From the IMG/VR virus record IMGVR_UViG_3300025715_000012, positions 83,413-147,412 of that record: a stretch of 64,000 nucleotides of DNA. One strand, given 5' to 3'. This stretch comes from a virus (lineage: Duplodnaviria > Caudoviricetes). Below the pieces are notes generated by a model. That model searched no databases. It had not been told where the DNA came from and saw only the letters and a program-made list of their open reading frames with translations. Positions 20,105-28,925 of this stretch are shown here, in pieces (position 1 is the stretch's first letter; every line of letters begins with the position of its first letter). The translations under genes and the position numbers were made by a program.

Positions 20105-20983
20105 TTAATATCTTTTTACGAAATCATTATAGTTCACATCATCATAAGAGTATATTTCATTAAAATTTTTCATCTCTAATAATTCATCGACACTATTGAA
20201 GTTTTTTATAATATGATGATCATTAATCATTTTTAAAATTATTTTATGTTCTTCTATCACATTCAACATTTTATATATGTCTTTGGAATATAAATAACCT
20301 TTAATTTCAATAAAAATATTATATTTTGGTAAATAAAAATCTGGTGTATAATAATGACAATTTTTAAATTTTATCACATGCCTAAGAAATAAAATATTTA
20401 ATTCATTACATCTATTAGCAAAATCGAATTCCCATTGACCTTGAATCTTAATATTTTGATCGTTGATGTTTTTTATTTCAAACCATTTAACATTTTTATT
20501 TAATGATAGATGCTCTAATCTTTTCTTAGAAATCTTTTCCTTAGCAGAATCGCTTACTTTATAGTTTATGCATTTTTTAGAACAAAATCTATTAGCTTTT
20601 CCTCCCCTATATAAAAATTCTTTGCCACACGTTTCACATATTTTCTTTTTTCTTTGTTTCCCCTCTCTCAAATAATAATTATTTACGCTGTTCTTTATTT
20701 TATTTTTAACATTTTCTGTTATTTTTTTTCCCTTACCATTATATTCGGCTGAACATTTACTACAACAAAATTTTCTTTCTGATTTGATCAAATCAGAAAA
20801 AACAACACTACAATTTTTACAGGTATAATCTTTATAATATTCGACACCAACGCCCAATTTCGATGCTCTATTTTTTAGATAACCAATGCTATATCCTAAT
20901 TCCACTGATATTTCTTTATATCTCTTACCGATTTTGAGTAATTTTTTTAAATCATCGTCTAAATCTTTATTGCGTCTTTTCAT
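20105..20983 (-). CDS. Free-standing homing endonuclease-like protein (zinc fingers plus PD-(D/E)xK)
   Basis: CKNC..FCCSKC and CETC..FCSKKC; YTPDFYLPKYNIFIEIKG. Confidence 0.8.
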   Translation of the reverse strand: MKRRNKDLDDDLKKLLKIGKRYKEISVELGYSIGYLKNRASKLGVGVEYYKDYTCKNCSVVFSDLIKSERKFCCSKCSAEYNGKGKKITENVKNKIKNSVNNYYLREGKQRKKKICETCGKEFLYRGGKANRFCSKKCINYKVSDSAKEKISKKRLEHLSLNKNVKWFEIKNINDQNIKIQGQWEFDFANRCNELNILFLRHVIKFKNCHYYTPDFYLPKYNIFIEIKGYLYSKDIYKMLNVIEEHKIILKMINDHHIIKNFNSVDELLEMKNFNEIYSYDDVNYNDFVKRY

Positions 20984-21077
20984 ATCTATAATTTTTTATT
21001 TATATATAAAAGGTCATAGGTTCAAAAAATCAAAAAGTAATTTTTCTTTATTAAAAAAATTTATATGAGTTTTTAAG

Positions 21078-21149
21078 TGACTCCTGCCTGACTCGAACAG
21101 GCATTTTAAATTTAGAAGATTTAAGTTCTATCCCTTGAACTAAGGAGTC
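21078..21149 (-). tRNA. tRNA-Arg(TCT)
   Basis: GACTCCT/AGGAGTC acceptor, GTTC/GAAC D stem, TAAAT-CTTCTAA-ATTTA anticodon arm, GCCTG-TTCGAGT-CAGGC T arm; TAATTTTG box upstream. Confidence 0.92.
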
Positions 21150-21200
21150 AAATGTATTTATCTACGACAAAATTACAACAAAGTTTTAAATAAAAAAAAA

Positions 21201-21443
21201 TTACATTCTCCATATATTCAAAGAACGATCAAATTCTTTTATTTTATCCCGATCTCCCTCAACGTCTATAGAATATTCTACGTTTATAATTCCCCCAAGA
21301 TTCTTCATTTTAATATCTAATTCAAATTCTTTAGCCTTATTTCTGACATAAGGTTCAAAATCACTAGAACCAAATCTTCCGATATTAATATTAATGGTGG
21401 AATGAGATTCATTCATTTCGTTAAATTGATAAAAATTTTTCAT
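21201..21443 (-). CDS. Hypothetical protein with leader MKNFYQFNEMNE
   Basis: Leader motif. Confidence 0.7.
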   Translation of the reverse strand: MKNFYQFNEMNESHSTININIGRFGSSDFEPYVRNKAKEFELDIKMKNLGGIINVEYSIDVEGDRDKIKEFDRSLNIWRM

Positions 21444-21449
21444 AAAACT

Positions 21450-21794
21450 TCATATATTATTTTTTTTTTTATTTTTCACGTCTTCAAAAAAACTCCTCAA
21501 ATCTGAAATATATTTAGTGGTCTTATTAAGAAAATTTTCCAAATATTCCTCATCCACTCTAACATTATCTGATAATATACCATCATAATCTCTTCTAATT
21601 AATTCTATTTCATAAATATAACTTCCTATGGCGGTTAGTAGGAATTTTTTATCACTGATAGAATTTAGAAAATCCATATCCAGTTCACGAAATTTCCTTG
21701 ACAAATCTAACTTTATATCATCAAATTTTTTGTTGCCGTTAACACTCAAGTCTTTTGACTCATTAAATTTTTTTACACGTTTTAATTTTTTCAT
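21450..21794 (-). CDS. Hypothetical protein with leader ..VKKFNE
   Basis: Leader; TAATATATA at 21817-21825 (-). Confidence 0.7.
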   Translation of the reverse strand: MKKLKRVKKFNESKDLSVNGNKKFDDIKLDLSRKFRELDMDFLNSISDKKFLLTAIGSYIYEIELIRRDYDGILSDNVRVDEEYLENFLNKTTKYISDLRSFFEDVKNKKKNNI

Positions 21795-21846
21795 ATTAGT
21801 AAATTTATTTTTTATGTATATATTAAAAAAAAAATGTAAATATATC

Positions 21847-21871
21847 TGTAACCTTTTTAAAAAATTACGTC
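21847..21871 (+). promoter_or_regulatory. ECF-sigma-type promoter, copy 1
   Basis: TGTAAC-N15-CGTC; same boxes and spacing at 24524. Confidence 0.65.
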
Positions 21872-21899
21872 AAATATGTAAAAATAAGAAAAAAATATT

Positions 21900-22289
21900 A
21901 TGAATAAAAAAAATTACAAAATTTTATTTCTGTCAACAGTAATAACAATTTTATTTTCAAGCATGTCACTACACAATGTCGCTGGAAACGCTAATGATCC
22001 AGCCTTTTCCACCAAAATTTCAACAAAGATGGTTATGAACGACGAAATATACGTGAATGATATTCCATTTAATACTGAGAATATCGCTAAAAGATATTCT
22101 ATGATAAATTTGATTCCAGTGTTAGAAGAAGAGAAATATGCAAATGATATACCGTTTGACACTAAGAAAATATCATCTGATTTTATAATAGCGGAAAAAT
22201 ATAAAAAATATAAATTTGATGTGAATGATTTTATTAACAAAAACAACAACAATGTTGTTATTGCTAATGAATTACCAGAAAAAGAATAA
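21900..22289 (+). CDS. Secreted protein with NDIPF repeats
   Basis: Signal peptide; YVNDIPFNT and YANDIPFDT; paralog of 24574..24885. Confidence 0.75.
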   Translation: MNKKNYKILFLSTVITILFSSMSLHNVAGNANDPAFSTKISTKMVMNDEIYVNDIPFNTENIAKRYSMINLIPVLEEEKYANDIPFDTKKISSDFIIAEKYKKYKFDVNDFINKNNNNVVIANELPEKE

Positions 22290-22296
22290 AAGAGAT

Positions 22297-22551
22297 ATGA
22301 AAAGAATCTATAGAAGAAGAGAAAGAAAAGATGAAAAATCTTTTTTATTAAATGATGATGAATTTGATACATTTAAAAGAATTTTGCAAAAATCTTCTCA
22401 ATCGTTCGAGCATTCTCCTTCTATGTCATTTACACCAAACATAATGAGAATGATAGATAAAGCCAACATAAAGATAGGTTGGGTTGGATGGACAAAAAGA
22501 AGTGCCTCGCTCTGTTCAACTGAGCTACAGGGCCCTGTGTTTTTTTTTTAA
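22297..22551 (+). pseudogene. Truncated paralog of the anti-sigma-like membrane protein
   Basis: PSMSFTPNIMRMI..KIGWVGW, then runs into a tRNA half; TM segments lost. Confidence 0.6.
22498..22534 (-). pseudogene. tRNA 5'-half ending at a TCT anticodon
   Basis: GGCCCTG-TA-GCTC-AGTTGAACA-GAGC-G-AGGCA-CT-TCT. Confidence 0.55.
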
Positions 22552-22620
22552 TCATTTTTGCCATCCAGACCTCTCGCTTACATTCCACCGAAAAAACGGC
22601 TCGGTTATCCCGATATTATG

Positions 22621-22649
22621 TAGAATGCACGGGATTTGAACCCGCGACT
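22621..22649 (-). pseudogene. tRNA 3'-fragment (T arm)
   Basis: GTCGCGGGTTCAAATCCCGTGCATTCTA. Confidence 0.5.
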
Positions 22650-22701
22650 AAAATGATTATTATTATTTACAAAAGTATATATTTTTTCATTTATAAAAAA
22701 A

Positions 22702-22992
22702 TTAATTTTCACTAATTTCCTCCCAACCCCAGTTTTCCTCGCCCCAAGGATCATCTTTTAAATTTAGTATTCTTTTACTGTTCGATGGATAAATTAAATG
22801 AAAATATACATCATAACAACAATTATCTTTACCGTGTAAATATTTGTTAAAACTTGTGGGGAATTTAATTCTAGCCCACCCAGCCGAAGAATGGATTAAT
22901 ATAATTTCTCCAATTTCACCTTTAAAATCAATGTTGTCCATTTTTCCATAAACAGAAACTTTATCTCCAATATGTAATTCTTCTATTTTCAT
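22702..22992 (-). CDS. KOW/SH3-like domain with C-terminal DDPWGEENWGWEE tag
   Basis: IGDKV...FKGEIGEI...IKFP..F...LHG; TAATATATA at 22999-23007 (-). Confidence 0.75.
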   Translation of the reverse strand: MKIEELHIGDKVSVYGKMDNIDFKGEIGEIILIHSSAGWARIKFPTSFNKYLHGKDNCCYDVYFHLIYPSNSKRILNLKDDPWGEENWGWEEISEN

Positions 22993-23073
22993 ATAACATA
23001 TATATTAAAAATTTCACCAATTTTCCTCTCCCCACGGGTCATCTTCTAAATTTAATTTTCTTTTATATGGATT

Positions 23074-24477
23074 TTAAAAATAACTACTTCCATCCCAACA
23101 ATGTGTGCATAACTTACATTTTGGTAATCCTATCGCGTCAACCAGATCTCCAAGTTCTTGATATTTTAAAGACGAGCATCCCATATTTTCACTTATTTTA
23201 TTTACCATATTATTATATCTATCGCTTTTGGGATTAGAATATTCATCCAAATGTGAATCTTCTTTTCCTTCTATTTCTTTAATAACTCTTCGACCTATTA
23301 AATCCAATGATGTTCTCGAGATTGAGAAGTTTAAAAACTCACAAGGAAAAATCAATGGCGGGCAAGCCGGTCTAATATGAACTTCTTTTGCCCCATATTT
23401 GAACAAAGTTTGGGCATTGTTTTTTAGCTGAGTTCCTCTTACAATAGAATCATCCAATAATGCGATTTTAGCATTTTCTGTTATTTCTTTTATTGGTATA
23501 AGTTTCATTGTTGCCACTAGATCTCTATCTGCTTGATTTTGAGGCATAAAACTACGGGGCCAAGTAGGAGTATATTTAACTTCTGATCTTTTATAAGGTA
23601 TCTTTTTTTCATTTGAATATCCTATGGCGTGAGCTACTCCTGAGTCAGGCACACCTGTAACAAAATCTACTTCTACATAATCTTTTTTTGCTAGCGCTCT
23701 TCCACAACGGTATCTAGATGATTCAACATTCAACCCCTCATAATAAGAACCAGGAAATCCATAATAAACCCAAAGAAAACTACAAATTTGCATTTTTTCT
23801 TCTTCTGGTTTAATTTGTTCATATTTATCTGGCGTTATAAATAATATTTCACCTGGTCCAATGTATTTTTCAACTTCATATCCCAAATTAACAAAAGATG
23901 TTGTTTCCGAGCCAACTGCAAAAGCTCCATCTTTTTTACCCAAAACTATCGGTGTCCTGCCCAATTTATCTCTCACTGCGTACATTCCATCTTTTGTTAG
24001 TACGATCATCGAGCACATACCCCTCACTTGCTCGAAAACATTTCTAAATCCTTCCTCAAAGGTGTCGCATTCATTAATAAGAGCAGCGACGACCTCTGTT
24101 GGATTAACACCTATTCCACTCATTTCCAGAAAATGGACGCCTTTCTTTAAAAATCTATCTGTTATCTCTTTTAAATTGGTTATGCGATTTGTTGTCGTGA
24201 TGGTATATTCACCCAAATGAGATTTTAAAATAAGCGGTTGAGATTCATTATCACTTATGCAACCTATTCCACTATTACCTTTAAAATTTTTTAGTTCGTC
24301 TTCAAATTTTGTTCTAAAATATGAATTTTCTATACTATGTATAACTCTTGTAAAACTTCTGCCATCAAAAACTGACATTCCCCCTCTACGTGTTCCAAGA
24401 TGAGTGTTATAATCTGTGCCATAATATAAATCCCTGACACAATCTTCTTTAGAAATTACTCCGAATATTCCTCCCAT
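23074..24477 (-). CDS. purF: Amidophosphoribosyltransferase (variant lacking Cys1)
   Basis: PRPP-binding loop LLDDSIVRGT, VPDSG, C-terminal CTHC; begins MGGIFG. Confidence 0.95.
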   Translation of the reverse strand: MGGIFGVISKEDCVRDLYYGTDYNTHLGTRRGGMSVFDGRSFTRVIHSIENSYFRTKFEDELKNFKGNSGIGCISDNESQPLILKSHLGEYTITTTNRITNLKEITDRFLKKGVHFLEMSGIGVNPTEVVAALINECDTFEEGFRNVFEQVRGMCSMIVLTKDGMYAVRDKLGRTPIVLGKKDGAFAVGSETTSFVNLGYEVEKYIGPGEILFITPDKYEQIKPEEEKMQICSFLWVYYGFPGSYYEGLNVESSRYRCGRALAKKDYVEVDFVTGVPDSGVAHAIGYSNEKKIPYKRSEVKYTPTWPRSFMPQNQADRDLVATMKLIPIKEITENAKIALLDDSIVRGTQLKNNAQTLFKYGAKEVHIRPACPPLIFPCEFLNFSISRTSLDLIGRRVIKEIEGKEDSHLDEYSNPKSDRYNNMVNKISENMGCSSLKYQELGDLVDAIGLPKCKLCTHCWDGSSYF

Positions 24478-24523
24478 AAATTTTCTTTTTATTTAATATA
24501 AAGAAATTAAAATTAAAAGTTTT

Positions 24524-24548
24524 TGTAACCTTTTTAAAATTTAGCGTC
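24524..24548 (+). promoter_or_regulatory. ECF-sigma-type promoter, copy 2
   Basis: TGTAAC-N15-CGTC. Confidence 0.65.
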
Positions 24549-24573
24549 AAATAAATAAAAAGAAAAATAAGTT

Positions 24574-24885
24574 ATGAAAAAGTTTTTATTAATTTTAGGT
24601 ATTATCGGTATTTCAATGATGAGTTTAGCCGAAGGCGAACAGCCAATTAAGAAATATAAAGAAACAAATTATTCCGAAAGTAAAAGTATAAATGAGATTG
24701 AAAGTCATTTGAAGTTTAATGTCAATTATTTTATTGAAAAAGATAGTTTGAGAATGGTAGAAGAAACTCCATCATCGTTGAAGTATTTGAAAGTGAATGA
24801 CGAACCAAATGTTAATGATATTCCGTTTAACACAAAAAAGATTTTTAACATTTATAATAAAAATGAAAAAAGAACTAGAAAATAA
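24574..24885 (+). CDS. Secreted protein with NDIPFNT motif
   Basis: Signal peptide; paralog of 21900..22289. Confidence 0.75.
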   Translation: MKKFLLILGIIGISMMSLAEGEQPIKKYKETNYSESKSINEIESHLKFNVNYFIEKDSLRMVEETPSSLKYLKVNDEPNVNDIPFNTKKIFNIYNKNEKRTRK

Positions 24886-25252
24886 TAACTTCTCTGTTTT
24901 TAGAGAAATATTACATAGGACTGAAATAGAAGATTCTCCTTCATTCTCTTTTACATTTAATGTCATGAGAAAGATAGAAAATGTCAATGTGAAATTGGGA
25001 TGGACAGGATGGTTAACTCGAGGAATTTCTTTGGCGATGATTATGTTGATTTTAGCAATAATTGTTGTGTCAAAATATTATGGAATAAGTTATCAGTTGC
25101 TAGATTTTTCAAAATTTATTCCGACAAGTATCAATCTTTCTACAATTCAATTAATTATAAAAACAATATCCATCGCTGGAACTTTATTTATGGGAACAAT
25201 TCTAGTAGATAAAATAAAAAATAATAAGATAAAAAATGAAAACATTATTTAG
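24863..25252 (+). CDS. Anti-sigma-like two-TM membrane protein
   Basis: PSFSFTFNVMRKI (Px2FTx2VMx2I) cytoplasmic motif, then two TM helices. Confidence 0.65.
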   Translation: MKKELENNNFSVFREILHRTEIEDSPSFSFTFNVMRKIENVNVKLGWTGWLTRGISLAMIMLILAIIVVSKYYGISYQLLDFSKFIPTSINLSTIQLIIKTISIAGTLFMGTILVDKIKNNKIKNENII

Positions 25253-25427
25253 ATCAAGAAAGTATAAAATTTTAGGTGGAGTTTGCGGAGGCATAGCCGA
25301 ATATTTTAATGTGGATCCAATTCTGATCAGATTACTTTATTTAATAACAGCCTTTTTAACTCCTTGGGCCATTGCTGTTTATCTAATTGCTTGGATCGCC
25401 ATACCTCGAGAAGTTATATCCATCTAA
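25236..25427 (+). CDS. pspC: PspC domain protein
   Basis: LFRSR..ILGGVCGGIAEYFNVDP.LIRL...YLIAWIAIP. Confidence 0.92.
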   Translation: MKTLFRSRKYKILGGVCGGIAEYFNVDPILIRLLYLITAFLTPWAIAVYLIAWIAIPREVISI

Positions 25428-26358
25428 CAGAATGGAGATCTAAAAGTTTCTTCCCGCCACCATAACTTATGGAGCTTTGTAAGCATTCTGTTAGATAATC
25501 CATATATTCCAACATGGTTATATTTTTCAACTTGTTTAATTTAACCGTTCCCTCTATACGATTTATCTTATTTCCTTGACGTGAGGAAGCACTACCATAA
25601 AACTCTCTATATTTAACATCGTCTATTTCAACTATTCTACCAGGAGAATCCAAGAATGATGATAACATTCCTCCAACCATAACCATAGAAGCTCCGAGCA
25701 CTATCGACTTGGTTATATCTGCTGGATATCTTATGCCGCCATCAGCTATGATAAGTTTTTTTGTTACTTGTGAGCATTCATTAATAACAGCGGCTTGCAT
25801 ATTTTTGCTACCAAACCCAGTTGTTGGGGCTGTCGTGCAGGCGCTGCCAGGCGATACACCCACCTTTATAGCATCAGCCCCCCAGTTGTCTAGGTCAGCT
25901 GTTGCGTCAACGCTAGCCACATTACCTGCTATGATAAAAGTATCTTTTAGATTTTCTTTTAAAAATTTCAACATCTTTTTCATCTTTTTACAGTGTCCAT
26001 GAGCGATATCTATTGTTATATAGTCTGGTGCAAGATCTTCATCAATCAAATTACTTACTATGTCATATGAATCCTGATTTACCCCTATGGATATTGATGT
26101 AATAAGATTTTCTTTTTTCATATTGATAATGAATTGTTTAGGATCTACTCCAAATCTGTGCATTATATAAAAATATCCATTGAGGGCCAGTTTTTTTGCA
26201 AGCTCTTCATTTATAACAGCTTCCATATTTGCTGGTATAATAGGATTTTTAAAAACAAATTTTCCAACTCTTATACTTGTATCGCATTCTTGTCGAGAAT
26301 CAACCGTGCTATATTTTGGTATCAAATTAATATCATCAAAATCGAATTTTCTATTCAT
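25414..26358 (-). CDS. guaC: GMP reductase
   Basis: PANM, TIDIAHGH, IAGNV, KVGVSPGSACTT, IIADGGI, LQSSISYGGG. Confidence 0.93.
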   Translation of the reverse strand: MNRKFDFDDINLIPKYSTVDSRQECDTSIRVGKFVFKNPIIPANMEAVINEELAKKLALNGYFYIMHRFGVDPKQFIINMKKENLITSISIGVNQDSYDIVSNLIDEDLAPDYITIDIAHGHCKKMKKMLKFLKENLKDTFIIAGNVASVDATADLDNWGADAIKVGVSPGSACTTAPTTGFGSKNMQAAVINECSQVTKKLIIADGGIRYPADITKSIVLGASMVMVGGMLSSFLDSPGRIVEIDDVKYREFYGSASSRQGNKINRIEGTVKLNKLKNITMLEYMDYLTECLQSSISYGGGKKLLDLHSVRWI

Positions 26359-26460
26359 ATATTATTTCTTTTTTTTTGTAATAGTTAGTTTGTTTTTTTA
26401 TGAAAGTTTTTTGAAAAAAAAATATTTATATATAATAGTTGAAAAAAAAAATTATTAGAT

Positions 26461-27711
26461 ATGGTTAAATCTTTTCTTTCTTATATAAAAGAGGCCAACG
26501 ACTATGTTATTTATCGCGTTGGGGATAATGTTCAATGCTATGGTGAAATGGATAGTATTAATTTTAATGGCGAAATTGGTACAATAATTGAAGATGCGGG
26601 GCAAAATTGTTTGATCAGGTTTCCGACCAGATTTAATTCCAATTTACATAATGGTAACGGAAAAGATCCATCTAATAGTTCTTATTATGTTCGAAAAAAT
26701 TTATTGAGATTGATCAATGATGATAAAATTAGAATATTTTTATCTAACGAATTAGTTGGATTGTTGAAAAAAATGAAAGATTGTAAATTGGCCGAATTAT
26801 ATTTGAGCTTATTAAATGGAGTAGATAAAGAATATGTAAAAGATGATTATGTAGATTTTCTAGACATAGAAAATGATAAGACCATATCATTTCTAAAAAA
26901 GAAGTGGTGGGCTGAAGAAGCAGCCAAAATGTTCAGCAAAAGACGAGATAAACAAAGAATAAATAGAGTCATAAAACTCATATTGAAAGATGATTATGTT
27001 GACTCGATCATAAAACAAACTGATGTCGAACTATTTATGAACACACTAAACGCCATATTCAAACCATGTGAGGTTTTGGAGCTTCGTGGCGAAGACATGT
27101 TAAGGGCATTTAATTTTACAAATGAGTTGGATTTGAGAAAGTTTTCAGCATCTTGCGCCAATTATACTGGTGGTAAAAAAAATACTGAAAATTTTAAAAT
27201 CTACACCGATAATCCAAAAAATATGGCAGCTATCGTGACATATGAATTTGGTAAAATAACAGGTAGAAGAACCATACAACAAGGACCTGTGACGAGATCT
27301 CCAAACGAGGAGGACATAGGCAAAATATATACATTCATTGGTAATTTCTATGGAGAAAATGGTGGTGGTTCGAAATATGATTTGGCAATATTGAAATATA
27401 TAAAAGAAAAATATCCATTTTCTGGTATGTCCACAGAAAAAAGAGGAATAACGATATTAATTGAAAACACTAGATTTCCACATTATCCGCCATTTGATGA
27501 CATGAGGGTAAATTTCAAAACAAATGAAATGGGTTGTGTTGGGGGCGAAGAATGGCGAGATGCTTATGGGGCACGTTGTCCAGAAAAATATCTAACAAAC
27601 AAAGATGTATCAAAGGATTATGGTGAGACTGTCTATGTCTATGATGATGATGATGATGACGATGGTTATTATGATGGAGATGATGATTATGTCGATGATG
27701 ATGATTATTAA
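26461..27711 (+). CDS. Protein with leader, KOW/SH3-like domain, uncharacterised domain and poly-Asp tail
   Basis: MVKSFLSYIKE; N-domain homologous to 22702 and to module 2 of 36136. Confidence 0.75.
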   Translation: MVKSFLSYIKEANDYVIYRVGDNVQCYGEMDSINFNGEIGTIIEDAGQNCLIRFPTRFNSNLHNGNGKDPSNSSYYVRKNLLRLINDDKIRIFLSNELVGLLKKMKDCKLAELYLSLLNGVDKEYVKDDYVDFLDIENDKTISFLKKKWWAEEAAKMFSKRRDKQRINRVIKLILKDDYVDSIIKQTDVELFMNTLNAIFKPCEVLELRGEDMLRAFNFTNELDLRKFSASCANYTGGKKNTENFKIYTDNPKNMAAIVTYEFGKITGRRTIQQGPVTRSPNEEDIGKIYTFIGNFYGENGGGSKYDLAILKYIKEKYPFSGMSTEKRGITILIENTRFPHYPPFDDMRVNFKTNEMGCVGGEEWRDAYGARCPEKYLTNKDVSKDYGETVYVYDDDDDDDGYYDGDDDYVDDDDY

Positions 27712-28099
27712 AAAGGTATAAAAATTATGAAATATTTAAAGATATACGAACAATTTGATTTCGAAGATCTTTCAGACGAAGAGATCTTTGGTAGAGAGCC
27801 AAAAAATTTCGAAATAGGCGATGTTGTTCATTTTACAAGAACGAGTTCAGTGAGATGGAATACGGAAAAATTACAAAAGAATAAACCGTTGTGGTTAGAT
27901 AGTACATTTTTTTCTAAAGAAAAATGGTTTGTTGTAACAGCAATAGGTCGTGTTGAAGATATGGATTTTATCAAGATTGTAGCATATAATAAAAAAACAA
28001 TTGGGAATCATCCGTATCAATTTTTCTGGTATGATGCTGACGCTTTTGAAAAGGTATAAAAATTATGAAATATTTAAAGATATACGAACAATTTGATTT
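27711..28099 (+). repeat. 51-nt exact direct repeat (27711-27761 and 28049-28099) spanning the cassette junction
   Basis: AAAAGGTATAAAAATTATGAAATATTTAAAGATATACGAACAATTTGATTT occurs twice. Confidence 0.9.
27727..28059 (+). CDS. DLSDEEIFG-tag cassette protein
   Basis: MKYLKIYEQFDFEDLSDEEIFG plus FEIGDVV. Confidence 0.8.
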   Translation: MKYLKIYEQFDFEDLSDEEIFGREPKNFEIGDVVHFTRTSSVRWNTEKLQKNKPLWLDSTFFSKEKWFVVTAIGRVEDMDFIKIVAYNKKTIGNHPYQFFWYDADAFEKV

Positions 28100-28143
28100 T
28101 GAGGATTATTATGAAGTTTTGAAAAGAGAGACTAAAAAAGAAA

Positions 28144-28869
28144 TTATTTTTTTAACGTCTCATAAAAATCTCCGATCTTTATCTCTTTGATTTCCATAGT
28201 GTTCTTATTCTTTATAACTATTTGAGTATCAAACGATTCGCATTTACCCACATTTGTTTCCCCCATTAAAACATTAAAAGTCCCTTTATCCCATCCACCA
28301 CCAAGCAATAAATCAACATTTCCCCAACCAGATGATATTTTATTTACGGAGACTTCTTGTTTGTGAGACTCGGGATCATCAAAATCGGCTCCTAGATCTT
28401 CATCATCATCTTCTATGATAGACAAATTATTGTATATGGATTTAACTTGCGCCAGTACATCAGAAGCATTATTATAGTCTATTCCCTTTAAATTTCTTAT
28501 TTTTTCAATGCTGTCATAAGCTGTGTTTTTCAATAATTTTTGAAGTTTCCAAGCTTTAAATTTGTCTTCTAACCACTCGGGATCATGTGAGCTATTGTCG
28601 TTTTTTAAAACAGCTTTTATTATATTATTTGATATTTTTTCCTCTGGATCACGAAGTTTTATCATAGCCAATATTTGCTGCGGAGCAGGAACTCTTTTTG
28701 ATTTGCTTACCAAATATTCATCCCGCACGGTTTTATATATGAATTGTATGTCTTCATTATCAAAAAAGGTCGGTTCTATTTTATAGAATTGTGTTGGATG
28801 ATCCAATATCCAAGTAAAGAAAAATTTTTCCATTTGAGAGTTCATTACCTCCATATTCTCATTTGCCAT
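28144..28869 (-). CDS. N-terminal part of a T4 gp41-like replicative helicase fused to a split N-intein
   Basis: ISSGW..VDLLLGGGW....VLMGETNVGK (Walker A), then CESFDTQI...IKIGDFYETLKK*. Confidence 0.88.
   Translation of the reverse strand: MANENMEVMNSQMEKFFFTWILDHPTQFYKIEPTFFDNEDIQFIYKTVRDEYLVSKSKRVPAPQQILAMIKLRDPEEKISNNIIKAVLKNDNSSHDPEWLEDKFKAWKLQKLLKNTAYDSIEKIRNLKGIDYNNASDVLAQVKSIYNNLSIIEDDDEDLGADFDDPESHKQEVSVNKISSGWGNVDLLLGGGWDKGTFNVLMGETNVGKCESFDTQIVIKNKNTMEIKEIKIGDFYETLKK
28147..28242 (-). other. 32-aa split intein N-fragment
   Basis: Block A CESFDTQIVI plus KEIKIGDFY, directly after the Walker A lysine. Confidence 0.8.
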
Positions 28870-28925
28870 ATTTTAGAAATTATTTTTTAATATATAGATT
28901 CATTGATATTAAAAGTTTTTTAATT

